From assembly GCA_001805105.1 (NCBI GenBank), contig MHEE01000012.1, positions 171,127 to 235,126 on the forward strand: a stretch of 64,000 bases of DNA, read 5' to 3'. The translations under genes were made by a program, and so were the position numbers. A model generated the notes under the pieces. The model was not told where the DNA came from. It worked only from the letters and a program-made list of their open reading frames with translations, and ran no database searches. The stretch's first letter is position 1; each line of letters begins with the position of its first letter. The DNA is from Nitrospirae bacterium GWF2_44_13. GTDB taxonomy: Bacteria > Nitrospirota > Thermodesulfovibrionia > Thermodesulfovibrionales > UBA1546. Shown here piece by piece: positions 1-8,259 of the stretch.

Positions 1-1074
1 AACATTTCTAATCTCTATTTTCTTAGTAAATTCAATTTTTTCATTGTTTTCAACTTCAATTTTACCCGTTAATTCCTTAAAAACTATATCCAGTCCCCTT
101 GAGCCAAAAACTAAATAATTATGACTGCCCAATATCCGGCTCAAGGCAGGAAACATTCTATAAAGCGCCATTACATATACAGAAATAAAAGGCAGTATGA
201 AAGCGCTATCACTATATTTATAGATAAAGAAAACAATTACTAAAAGCAAACTTGCAAAACCAATTGTTTCCAATATATTTTTTGGAATTGTCATAAAAGT
301 ATAATAAGTTGTTTGTGTCCTTGTAATTTGTTCGGTGATATCGCTCATTTTTTTTAAAATATTTTTTTTGTCAGGCAGCATTTTGATAAATTTGAAATTT
401 CCAAATGTTTCAGTTAAAATTTTATACAGTCTTTTATCAAAAGACTCTCTTTTGACGCCTTCATCTTTCATGATTTTAGAAGTTATTTTTGTAAGCGCAA
501 ATACTTTAACGCCCAAAACTACTGATAATATTAATGTTGCTTTTATGTTTACAAGCAACAGCACGATATAAAAACAAACCAATATCATTATATCTGATAA
601 AAAAAAGAGCAGATATTGAAGAATAAATGAGAAATACATAGCTTCTGATGTAATACTTTTTATAAGGTCCGCAGAATTCCTATTGGCAAAATCAGAATAC
701 GGCATATTTATATAATTTTGAAAAAGCCGCCGCGATATAGAACGAAATATACCAAAGACATAACTATTTAACAAATAACTATGCAAAATACTATAAATTC
801 CTCTTAATATAAAAAAGCCTGTAAGAATAAGGCCAAATAATATTAAAAAACTGGGGATGCTTGTAAATCCCAAGATGTTATATAGCTTCATATAAAAACC
901 CGTACTTATCAATGCCGGATTAGAAGCAATAGCTATGAACGGCACAATAGAAAAAATCCCAATTGTTTCTATAAGAGTTATTATAAAAGATAAAAAAACT
1001 AAGCCTATCAGCTTTTTTTTATCTTTTGCAGTAAGAATTATCGCTATCTTATTTAAAGAATTTATAAAACTCAC
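1..1074 (-). CDS. ABC exporter, fused TMD-NBD type (MsbA/PglK-like), partial: 3' end lies beyond the left window edge
   Basis: Absent from the ORF track (no stop inside window). Hand translation of the minus strand from GTG 1074..1072 gives 358 open codons down to nt 1: VSFINSLNKIAIILTAKDKKKLIGLVFLSFIITLIETIGIFSIVPFIAIASNP... This is a multi-TM exporter domain ending ...GKIEVENNEKIEFTKKIEIRNV, the usual entry into an ABC ATPase domain. The GTG overlaps the upstream stop (GTGA). Confidence 0.7.
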   Translation of the reverse strand, partial: MSFINSLNKIAIILTAKDKKKLIGLVFLSFIITLIETIGIFSIVPFIAIASNPALISTGFYMKLYNILGFTSIPSFLILFGLILTGFFILRGIYSILHSYLLNSYVFGIFRSISRRLFQNYINMPYSDFANRNSADLIKSITSEAMYFSFILQYLLFFLSDIMILVCFYIVLLLVNIKATLILSVVLGVKVFALTKITSKIMKDEGVKRESFDKRLYKILTETFGNFKFIKMLPDKKNILKKMSDITEQITRTQTTYYTFMTIPKNILETIGFASLLLVIVFFIYKYSDSAFILPFISVYVMALYRMFPALSRILGSHNYLVFGSRGLDIVFKELTGKIEVENNEKIEFTKKIEIRNV

Positions 1075-2795
1075 GAATATCCCCTTCTAAAAATTATTGT
1101 ATTAACTTCATCTTCCCTTAAGGGTGCCGGGGTCTCGCGAATAAGTTTTTTAAGAGAGATATCCGTATTTCCATTTTTTTTGATTTTTCTTGCAAATAAT
1201 TTTTTAAGCAGCACCCTTATTAATCGGTTAAAACCAAAAAATCTTAGAATTACAATATGCTTTAATAGAGATTTCCTTATCCTCCACGGCAACAAACTAT
1301 ATATCAATCCAACTCTCTGCCGTCTTGATTTTTTATTTTTCAAAATATTTATGTATCCGTGCTTTTTGATATGTTTTGCTATTAATTCCAAATAAATATA
1401 AAATTTCCAATAAGCTATTTCTTCCTTCTCGTATTCTGTAAAGTTTAAATATTGGTCTATATCACTTGCATTTGCATTATAAATACTCTCTATATACTTT
1501 TCTTCGTCTTCCAGTGATGGCCCAATGAGACCAATTCTTCTTGTATACTCATAGATTTGTGTGCCGGGAATTGCCTGAACATAATTAACACATATTTCAT
1601 AGGGCATATTTATATCATCCGGTATAACATCCGACAAATTGTCAATTGTTTCCTGTATTGTCTGTTCTGTTTCGCCGGGCATCCCAATCACCAAGCCAAT
1701 TATAGTAAAAATATTATACTTGTAGCACAGTTTTATCGCGTTTATATTTTCTTTAACCGTTGTTTTTTTGTCCATGACGTCAAGCATTTTTTGCGATAAT
1801 GATTCTATGCCAAAATTAATATGCACGCATCCGGATTCGCTCCATGTTTTGATTATTTGTTCGTCAATATTTTTTACTCTTACTGCCCCTGCACTCCAAT
1901 TTAAATTACTGCCTTTTAAATATTCTATAAGTTTTTGGGTATGACTTCCTTTCATTCCAAAATTTTCCTCTGCAAACATGATCATTCCGACATCGCAGTC
2001 TTCTTTAAGCTTATCAATATAATTAACAACATCATCGGTAGCTATAACTTTATATCCTTTATAATATCTATGACAAAAAGAACATCTATTTACACATCCT
2101 TTGCTGGCAAAAACTATTCCTAACTTCTTTCCTCTATTTTCTGGATAAAGTAAACTTAAGAATTTCTTTAGAATTCCAGCATTGAACCTGTCTCTATAAT
2201 GTTGTCCACCATCTATCTGCTGAATATATTGATCTAAATTTGTGAATTTTGATATTAGATTATAGTTGAACTGGCGCAACCCTTTTTCAATATCTTCATT
2301 CGCATACCCGGTAAAATAGGGGATATTATTCCTCAGAAAAACAAGTCCTTTGATATCCATATAGTCGTCTTTATTTCCAATTTCAAAATCATTCTGTTGA
2401 AGTCTTCTAATCAAATCGCTGAAAGCGGGCTCGGATTCGCCAAAACAGCAAAAACCAATTTTTGTTTTCAAGAGAATAATATTAGATATGACACTCATTT
2501 GGCCGCCTAAGACTTGAACAATATCCGGAAAGTTATCTCCAATAAAATTAGATAATCTTTTAAGATACGTATAGGCCGGTGTTAACATGGCGCTGAATCC
2601 TATTATCCGGGGAGAGAAAGCTTGAATTCTGCTTTTAATTTCATCAAATGAAGGCCTGTAATAATCTAAATCGAAAAATGAAACATCGCAGTTTAAAGAT
2701 TGGTCTATGCCCTCCATAACTCTTGATATTGCAACAGGAGCATAATCTGTTGCTGAGGGACCACCGGGTATATTCATTAAAAGTATCTTTGTCAT
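1071..2795 (-). CDS. B12-binding-domain (class B-like) radical SAM enzyme
   Basis: Track ORF 1071..2915 trimmed to internal ATG 2795 (AAGGA 6 nt upstream); the 40 extra N-terminal codons read through the repeat at 2829-2959. MTKILLMNIPGG..., Rossmann-like N-domain (VLGGQ, GESEPAF), then cluster motif ASKGCVNRCSFC. Confidence 0.8.
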   Translation of the reverse strand: MTKILLMNIPGGPSATDYAPVAISRVMEGIDQSLNCDVSFFDLDYYRPSFDEIKSRIQAFSPRIIGFSAMLTPAYTYLKRLSNFIGDNFPDIVQVLGGQMSVISNIILLKTKIGFCCFGESEPAFSDLIRRLQQNDFEIGNKDDYMDIKGLVFLRNNIPYFTGYANEDIEKGLRQFNYNLISKFTNLDQYIQQIDGGQHYRDRFNAGILKKFLSLLYPENRGKKLGIVFASKGCVNRCSFCHRYYKGYKVIATDDVVNYIDKLKEDCDVGMIMFAEENFGMKGSHTQKLIEYLKGSNLNWSAGAVRVKNIDEQIIKTWSESGCVHINFGIESLSQKMLDVMDKKTTVKENINAIKLCYKYNIFTIIGLVIGMPGETEQTIQETIDNLSDVIPDDINMPYEICVNYVQAIPGTQIYEYTRRIGLIGPSLEDEEKYIESIYNANASDIDQYLNFTEYEKEEIAYWKFYIYLELIAKHIKKHGYINILKNKKSRRQRVGLIYSLLPWRIRKSLLKHIVILRFFGFNRLIRVLLKKLFARKIKKNGNTDISLKKLIRETPAPLREDEVNTIIFRRGYS

Positions 2796-2828
2796 CAATA
2801 ATCCTTTTTTATTAATAGAGCATTGTTT

Positions 2829-2959
2829 GACGGACTCGTAAAAGTCGTCATACCCGCGAAGGCGGGTATCCAGAGCGCAAGCAACTACTTGAAAAAAATG
2901 GATTCCCGTTTTCACGGGAATGACAAAAAAGCGCTTTTCGGACTTTTTACGAGTCCGTC
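2829..2959. repeat. 131-bp structured intergenic element: terminal inverted repeats enclosing two GC-rich hairpins (REP/MITE-like)
   Basis: GACGGACTCGTAAAAGTC (2829-2846) pairs with GACTTTTTACGAGTCCGTC (2941-2959). Hairpin ATACCCGC-GAAG-GCGGGTAT (2850-2869). Hairpin ATTCCCG-TTTTCA-CGGGAAT (2902-2921). Palindrome AAAAGCGCTTTT (2927-2938). Lies between the stop of 2964..4196 and the start of 1071..2795. Confidence 0.75.
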
Positions 2960-2963
2960 TTGT

Positions 2964-4196
2964 TTATTTCAAAGAATTTTTAGGGGTTTTCAACAGCGTC
3001 ATTATATTTTTCATTGCTCTAACGGTTCCGCCGTAAAAGCCCGCGAAAAAGATAAAAAAACCATACTTAAAAAGTTCCCTAAATAATTCTAAAGCATATA
3101 ACACTTTTTTATTTTTAATGAGGGCAAACATTGTAAAAGTTAGTCCATTAATTGAATTTACCTTAAAGGTTCTGCTTAAAAAAATTTCAACTTTTTCTAT
3201 TTGTTGAGTATTATTCTTTTCTAAAATTTCTCCTAATTCTCTTAATATGTTTGGTATAACAACTTGAGGCAAAAAGTTATTAATTGCCTTTTCGTATGCA
3301 TTTTTTGCTATAACTTCCCTTATATCCGCATGTAACAGATAGTACCTTACCTTTTCTATTAATTCCTCCTTGCTATTGAATATATCTACTTCTTCCCCAA
3401 CCTCTGCAAAGACATGTATATTGGGTGTATATTCAGCAAGACAAAATGTTCTTGTTAAAGCGCTTTCACACCAATGTCCGCCTGACTGTCTCGCCCTGTT
3501 TAATAATGGATCATCTTTATTCATCCAGAGCAAGTCACTCAGTTTATTAAAATTCAAAGCAATTTTGCTTCTTGATAATATGTTTGAAAATTTGTCCCAT
3601 TCAAGAAAACCATTTTTTGAACCTTCTCCAAAGGTTTCTACATTAATGCCATTGTCAATTAAAAAGTTTATATATTCCATTCTGTCACGTTGATTACAAC
3701 CTCCGATAAAACAGACATCAATATCTTTAGTTGCTTCAATTGGGAAGTAAATATTTTGCGGGTGCGTGGTCGAAAAGAAAATGGATGGTATATTTAACTT
3801 TTGATAAGCATAAACACTGAAAAAATCACAAGTAATAACTGCGTCGGCGATTTGGCAATAGTATTTACTGTGTGAATCAAAATACGCTTCATCATCCCAC
3901 ATCCAAAAAACTATTTTTGTTTTATTTTTCAGAGATGCATAAAATTCAACCGATAATTGATAATTCCCAGGAAAAGGAGAAGAAATAACAATATTTACTT
4001 TTTTTTCAAATATAAAATTACTTATATATTTTTCAGTATTTCTAATCCCATATTTATAGCTATATTCAACAAAATTGAAATAGTAAATATTAGTTAAAGA
4101 TTTTTTTAACTCATCACAAATAAAATTTAAGTACTGATTTTTATTTGTAGGCAATAAATATAAAATATTTTTGTCCACAAAATAGTTCTGCTGCAT
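2964..4196 (-). CDS. CgeB-type glycosyltransferase (GT-B, Glyco_trans_1_2-like)
   Basis: 410 aa. The segment IFNSKEELIEKVRYYLLHADIREVIAKNAYEKA matches the CgeB-family signature (FxxxEELxEKIxYYLxHxxERExIAxxG). Paralogue of the next gene. Very AT-rich. Confidence 0.55.
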   Translation of the reverse strand: MQQNYFVDKNILYLLPTNKNQYLNFICDELKKSLTNIYYFNFVEYSYKYGIRNTEKYISNFIFEKKVNIVISSPFPGNYQLSVEFYASLKNKTKIVFWMWDDEAYFDSHSKYYCQIADAVITCDFFSVYAYQKLNIPSIFFSTTHPQNIYFPIEATKDIDVCFIGGCNQRDRMEYINFLIDNGINVETFGEGSKNGFLEWDKFSNILSRSKIALNFNKLSDLLWMNKDDPLLNRARQSGGHWCESALTRTFCLAEYTPNIHVFAEVGEEVDIFNSKEELIEKVRYYLLHADIREVIAKNAYEKAINNFLPQVVIPNILRELGEILEKNNTQQIEKVEIFLSRTFKVNSINGLTFTMFALIKNKKVLYALELFRELFKYGFFIFFAGFYGGTVRAMKNIMTLLKTPKNSLK

Positions 4197-4205
4197 AGAT
4201 AAAAT

Positions 4206-5435
4206 TTATTGCCTTCTGAATATTGATTTTAGAACAGATTTGATTCTAGGAAACATATCTAAAATTTCTTCTTTAAAAAATATAACAATTTGATACAAAT
4301 CAAGTTTTCTGTATTTTAAGATAATCTTTAATTCTTCAAATGCAAATTTAAATTTTAATTGCGTTATAAACCTGATAATTAAAAGCGTTCTGTATGTCGT
4401 GTAATTTCTTATAAATTCTTCATCAAGATATATTTCTGACGGTTTGTATGTTTTCGTTTTCCGCAGTCCATCTATTATTGAAATTAATTTAGGAACAGCC
4501 CGCTCTACAGCATAATCTTTGAGCGCCCTTTCATAACCCTTTTGGGCAATTTTTTCTCTTTCTTCTTCATGAGCAAGATAGTATTTTATTTTTTCAAGCA
4601 GTTCTTCCTTATCATGAAAAATATCTATTTCCTTGCCTACCTCAAAAAAATATTCCAATCCCGGCGCATACTCACACAATGCAAAACTGCCACACATCGT
4701 ATATTCAAAGACTTTTCCCTTAATTTGTTTCATGCGTTTATAGATTTGATGTTTTCTTGTCAACCTCGTTTTTCCCGATACTCCGCTAAAATCTAAATTT
4801 ATTTTACTTCTATTTATAATCTCAATCTTTTTCTCAAATGTTATCCGGCCATTTGGGGAATCCGATCCAAAGGTTTCAATATTAATTCCATTAGCCGACA
4901 AATGCATGATATTATGCCATCTTCCTGCCCCGCCATGTAATGTCCCTATAAAGGATACATCTATATCTTTTGCCAAATTTCCATTTTTACTGTATTTTGT
5001 AGAATCATAATAAGCATAATATGGAATTGAATTGATACCAATTTGACGTAATTTAAAAGTAGAGATGAAATCGTTAACGGTTACTAAATCCATTGCCTGA
5101 GCATAATATTGGTCACGAATTTCATAGTAATATTCTGTATCGCCCGTCATCATTACCAAAAAAACTTCTTTCCTTAGTTTTTCAAGATAGTTAATATCAA
5201 AATAAAACTCGCTTGGACTGGAACCATATATTAGACAGTTAATCCCATTGTCTCTCACATATTTTTTAAGGTAATGATGGGCGCCATAGTGCCCATATTT
5301 ATTATATAGCTGTACATAACTTAGGTATGCAGCGTTATTATTTCGCAATGCCTGTATAAATTGGTTCCCGGTATCATAAGGAGCCTTACTATAGTCCACC
5401 GTGTGAGAAAGAAATAATATTTTTATTTCATCCAT
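4206..5435 (-). CDS. CgeB-type glycosyltransferase (GT-B, Glyco_trans_1_2-like), paralogue
   Basis: 409 aa; IFHDKEELLEKIKYYLAHEEEREKIAQKGYERALKDY. Same architecture as 2964..4196. Confidence 0.55.
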   Translation of the reverse strand: MDEIKILFLSHTVDYSKAPYDTGNQFIQALRNNNAAYLSYVQLYNKYGHYGAHHYLKKYVRDNGINCLIYGSSPSEFYFDINYLEKLRKEVFLVMMTGDTEYYYEIRDQYYAQAMDLVTVNDFISTFKLRQIGINSIPYYAYYDSTKYSKNGNLAKDIDVSFIGTLHGGAGRWHNIMHLSANGINIETFGSDSPNGRITFEKKIEIINRSKINLDFSGVSGKTRLTRKHQIYKRMKQIKGKVFEYTMCGSFALCEYAPGLEYFFEVGKEIDIFHDKEELLEKIKYYLAHEEEREKIAQKGYERALKDYAVERAVPKLISIIDGLRKTKTYKPSEIYLDEEFIRNYTTYRTLLIIRFITQLKFKFAFEELKIILKYRKLDLYQIVIFFKEEILDMFPRIKSVLKSIFRRQ

Positions 5436-5444
5436 AATTTTGAA

Positions 5445-6299
5445 TTATTCTTGTAAATTTTTTATCTCAATAATTTTTTCCCCATCCACTCGTCTTAAAG
5501 TGTAAAGAGAAGAATTCTTTATTTCTGAAATATTTTTATCAAAACCCTTCCAATTATCCCATACGGCGCTTATTAGTTTTCCTGTGATGCCATCAGAAAA
5601 GCCTGATGCAAGGTAAACGCAGAGATTAGCTGCATGGATAGGGGAATCTCCGCCTTTTGATTTTATTCGCACTGCCCCGGAATAATCTTTTCCTCCGCGT
5701 ATTTTCCCTGCCTGTATGATCTCCTTAAGCATATTTGTATAAACGGACCCGGGCGCTATGGAATTAACATCAATTCCGTGATCCCTGACTTCTTCAGACA
5801 AGGTTTCAGTGAATCGTACTATTGCAGCTTTTGATGAAGCATAAGCAGAATAATTCGGTCTTGGAAAAGTTGATCCCCCTCCCGAAAAGTTGATAATTTT
5901 TCCCTTCTTATTAGAAATCATTGCGGGTAAAACATGCCTGCAGCAGAGCATAGTTCCTATGAGGTTTGTCATGATGCAATTAATCCAGTCTTTCTCCGAT
6001 ATATCTGTAAGCGGCCCTATAGGTTTTTGTACAGCCGCCGCATTGATAAGTATGTCGATGGTCCCAAACAAAGCAAGAGTTTTCTTAATAAGGTTTTTGA
6101 CTGAAGCTGAGTCTCTTATATCCGTGCGGCAATAAAAAAAGCGCGGTTCTTTTTTGAGCTTTATCTTTGTAATATCCGCTGAGATAACTTTTGCGCCTTC
6201 TGCTATAAATTGGTCCACAATCGTTGAACCAATCCCTCCGGCCCCACCGGTAATGATTGCAACCTTATTCTTGAGACGTTGTTCATTTTTTATTTGCAC
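5445..6299 (-). CDS. Classical short-chain dehydrogenase/reductase
   Basis: VAIITGGAGGIGS (TGxxxGxG) and YSAYASSKAA (YxxxK). Abuts the upstream gene with no gap. Confidence 0.8.
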   Translation of the reverse strand: MQIKNEQRLKNKVAIITGGAGGIGSTIVDQFIAEGAKVISADITKIKLKKEPRFFYCRTDIRDSASVKNLIKKTLALFGTIDILINAAAVQKPIGPLTDISEKDWINCIMTNLIGTMLCCRHVLPAMISNKKGKIINFSGGGSTFPRPNYSAYASSKAAIVRFTETLSEEVRDHGIDVNSIAPGSVYTNMLKEIIQAGKIRGGKDYSGAVRIKSKGGDSPIHAANLCVYLASGFSDGITGKLISAVWDNWKGFDKNISEIKNSSLYTLRRVDGEKIIEIKNLQE

Positions 6300-8249
6300 T
6301 TAATTGATCTCTCTGCAGGAATATAGATAGGCGCCCCGCTTATTGCCGTACCAGACGACTTCTCTGCACCAGTCATCCCATGAAGGCCATTTCGAAGTTG
6401 TTCTGTCTATTTCATAATAGTATTCGCCTTTTTCAACCGGAACATTCTTCCCGGTTAAATTAGCCTTGTAAATATCCCAAATGCTGTAAGATAATTTTAT
6501 TTTAAGATTTTTATCCTGAAATGGCATTTTTAATAAGTTTTGATTGAAAACAATAGCATCGTGAAGAATATCTTTGCAGTTATTTATCTTTTTACGGTCT
6601 AAAAATTTGCCAACTAACTGTTCCGCTTCTTTGTAAAATTCAGAGAGTTTATTTTCAGCGCATAATTTGATTAGCATTAACTCGTCAGGCGGCCACCAGA
6701 TATTCAGCCATTTCTTGGACTGCGCAAATTCAGTTCCCCCATTTTGTATGCATTCAGCTTGAGTCCTGAAAAAATCTATGATTTCAGTCAAAACAGGATG
6801 CTTCTCTTCATTCTCTAAGAATGCTTCGATAAGCTTCCGGTAAGGCACGCCGCTCTCACTGTTGATCAGTATAAGAGGTATCTGAATGAGTTTGTCAAAA
6901 TGCAGGAGTGCGGTCATCCACCCGAACATCCTGGCCTTGACCCAATCCTTTTTGGGCATTGCTCCGGTTGCGATAACCAATCTTTGATGTTCAGCAATCT
7001 CAAAATCATCCGTTAGGCTTCCATGAATGTTTACCAGCTTGTTATTTACTGTAACAATGCCATATTTTTTAAGATATACGGGGTCATCCATTTCCGAACC
7101 GGTAAGAATTGAGAGATTGTTAAACTGGATCCTGTTGTGCTGGCCGCTGCTTATGATGTTCGAAACTCCGTCAGCGAAACTGGAATATGTTTCGCGCGGC
7201 AGGCCCAGAATCACATCGGTGAAAGTTTCTATGCCTGCTTCGCTGAACTTTTCCTGCAGTTCATTGAAAGTGTCAAGAGATATATTTTCCCTTTTTATGC
7301 TCTTTAAAGTGTCCGGGTTCGCCGATTGGATCGCTAATGAGACCCCCTTATTTAATTTATGATCAGACAGGGTTTTGTATAGATTATAAACACGCATTGT
7401 TGAGTTTTTTGTATTTTGCACAGAAAGGGCCTTCGGGTAGCCAAATTTATCTTTATTTTTTGCAGTGTATTCTGCCAGGAGAAGATCCCTTGGAAAAATT
7501 CCAAAATTAGCATCGCAGCAAAAAATGAATTCTATTTTATTTATACTGAACCAATCAATTTCACGATAAAGTTCTTTTATATCCCTCTGGTAGACCCTTT
7601 TATTTGTAAAAGCTCCCCATACGCAATAGGAACACGAAAATGGACAGCCCCTGTTTGTTTCCCATAGGGCAACCCAGTTCTCATTAGGGTTGGCTTTCAT
7701 AAGATGGTCAAACACGCCTTCGGTATATGGGGAAGGAATCTCGGCCAGATCGGTTGTTCTCATCCCTTGTTCGGTGAGAATATGTTCCCCCTTATTATTT
7801 AAGTAACTTATATTAGGTATATCTTTCCATTGTTTTGTTTTGAAGTTATTCAGAATAGCAAGAAAAGCCTTCTCACCTTCACCGTGACAGGCGAGGTCAA
7901 TGAATCTGTATTTTTTAAGGAATTCTTTGATCCCCCGGATCGGAATCTGAGGGCCGCCGAAAACAACGAGTATATTATTATTAACAGTCTTTAATTGCCT
8001 TGCGATCTCCAGAGAAATATTGATATTCCATGTATAAGCGCTGAAAAAAACTATGTCACAACCGTCAAGCTGTTTGAGGGCGTCCTTTAGTGGTATGCGT
8101 TTGTACAGAGGCAAAGAAAACTCAAATAGTTCTTTATCTTTTAAATATTTCTGTGCATATGCCTGAAGAATTCCGACAGAATAAGGGAAATAGTTCTGAT
8201 TTGAGAAACTGTTGTTTATTTGTACGAGGCCGATTTTTATTTTTTGCAT
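6300..8249 (-). CDS. B12-binding-domain radical SAM enzyme with long C-terminal extension
   Basis: 649 aa; KIGLVQINNSFSNQNYFPYSVGILQAY, VVFGGPQ, CHGEGEKAF, then ETNRGCPFSCSYC. Confidence 0.8.
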   Translation of the reverse strand: MQKIKIGLVQINNSFSNQNYFPYSVGILQAYAQKYLKDKELFEFSLPLYKRIPLKDALKQLDGCDIVFFSAYTWNINISLEIARQLKTVNNNILVVFGGPQIPIRGIKEFLKKYRFIDLACHGEGEKAFLAILNNFKTKQWKDIPNISYLNNKGEHILTEQGMRTTDLAEIPSPYTEGVFDHLMKANPNENWVALWETNRGCPFSCSYCVWGAFTNKRVYQRDIKELYREIDWFSINKIEFIFCCDANFGIFPRDLLLAEYTAKNKDKFGYPKALSVQNTKNSTMRVYNLYKTLSDHKLNKGVSLAIQSANPDTLKSIKRENISLDTFNELQEKFSEAGIETFTDVILGLPRETYSSFADGVSNIISSGQHNRIQFNNLSILTGSEMDDPVYLKKYGIVTVNNKLVNIHGSLTDDFEIAEHQRLVIATGAMPKKDWVKARMFGWMTALLHFDKLIQIPLILINSESGVPYRKLIEAFLENEEKHPVLTEIIDFFRTQAECIQNGGTEFAQSKKWLNIWWPPDELMLIKLCAENKLSEFYKEAEQLVGKFLDRKKINNCKDILHDAIVFNQNLLKMPFQDKNLKIKLSYSIWDIYKANLTGKNVPVEKGEYYYEIDRTTSKWPSWDDWCREVVWYGNKRGAYLYSCREIN

Positions 8250-8259
8250 AGGCGGTAAG

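Noticed and set aside
335-571. 78-aa plus-strand ORF, the only track entry in 1-1070
   Set aside because: It is low-complexity and antisense to a 358-codon open frame with clear ABC-exporter features, so it is a shadow ORF.
2796-2915. N-terminal 40 codons of track ORF 1071..2915 (MKTGIHFFQVVACALDTRLRGYDDFYESVKQC...)
   Set aside because: These codons read through the hairpin-rich repeat element. An internal ATG at 2795 with an AAGGA SD gives the canonical MTKILLMNIPGG radical-SAM N-terminus. The companion plus-strand ORF 2823..3086 (VIPAKAGIQ / MDSRFHGNDK) is likewise a translation artefact of the palindromes.
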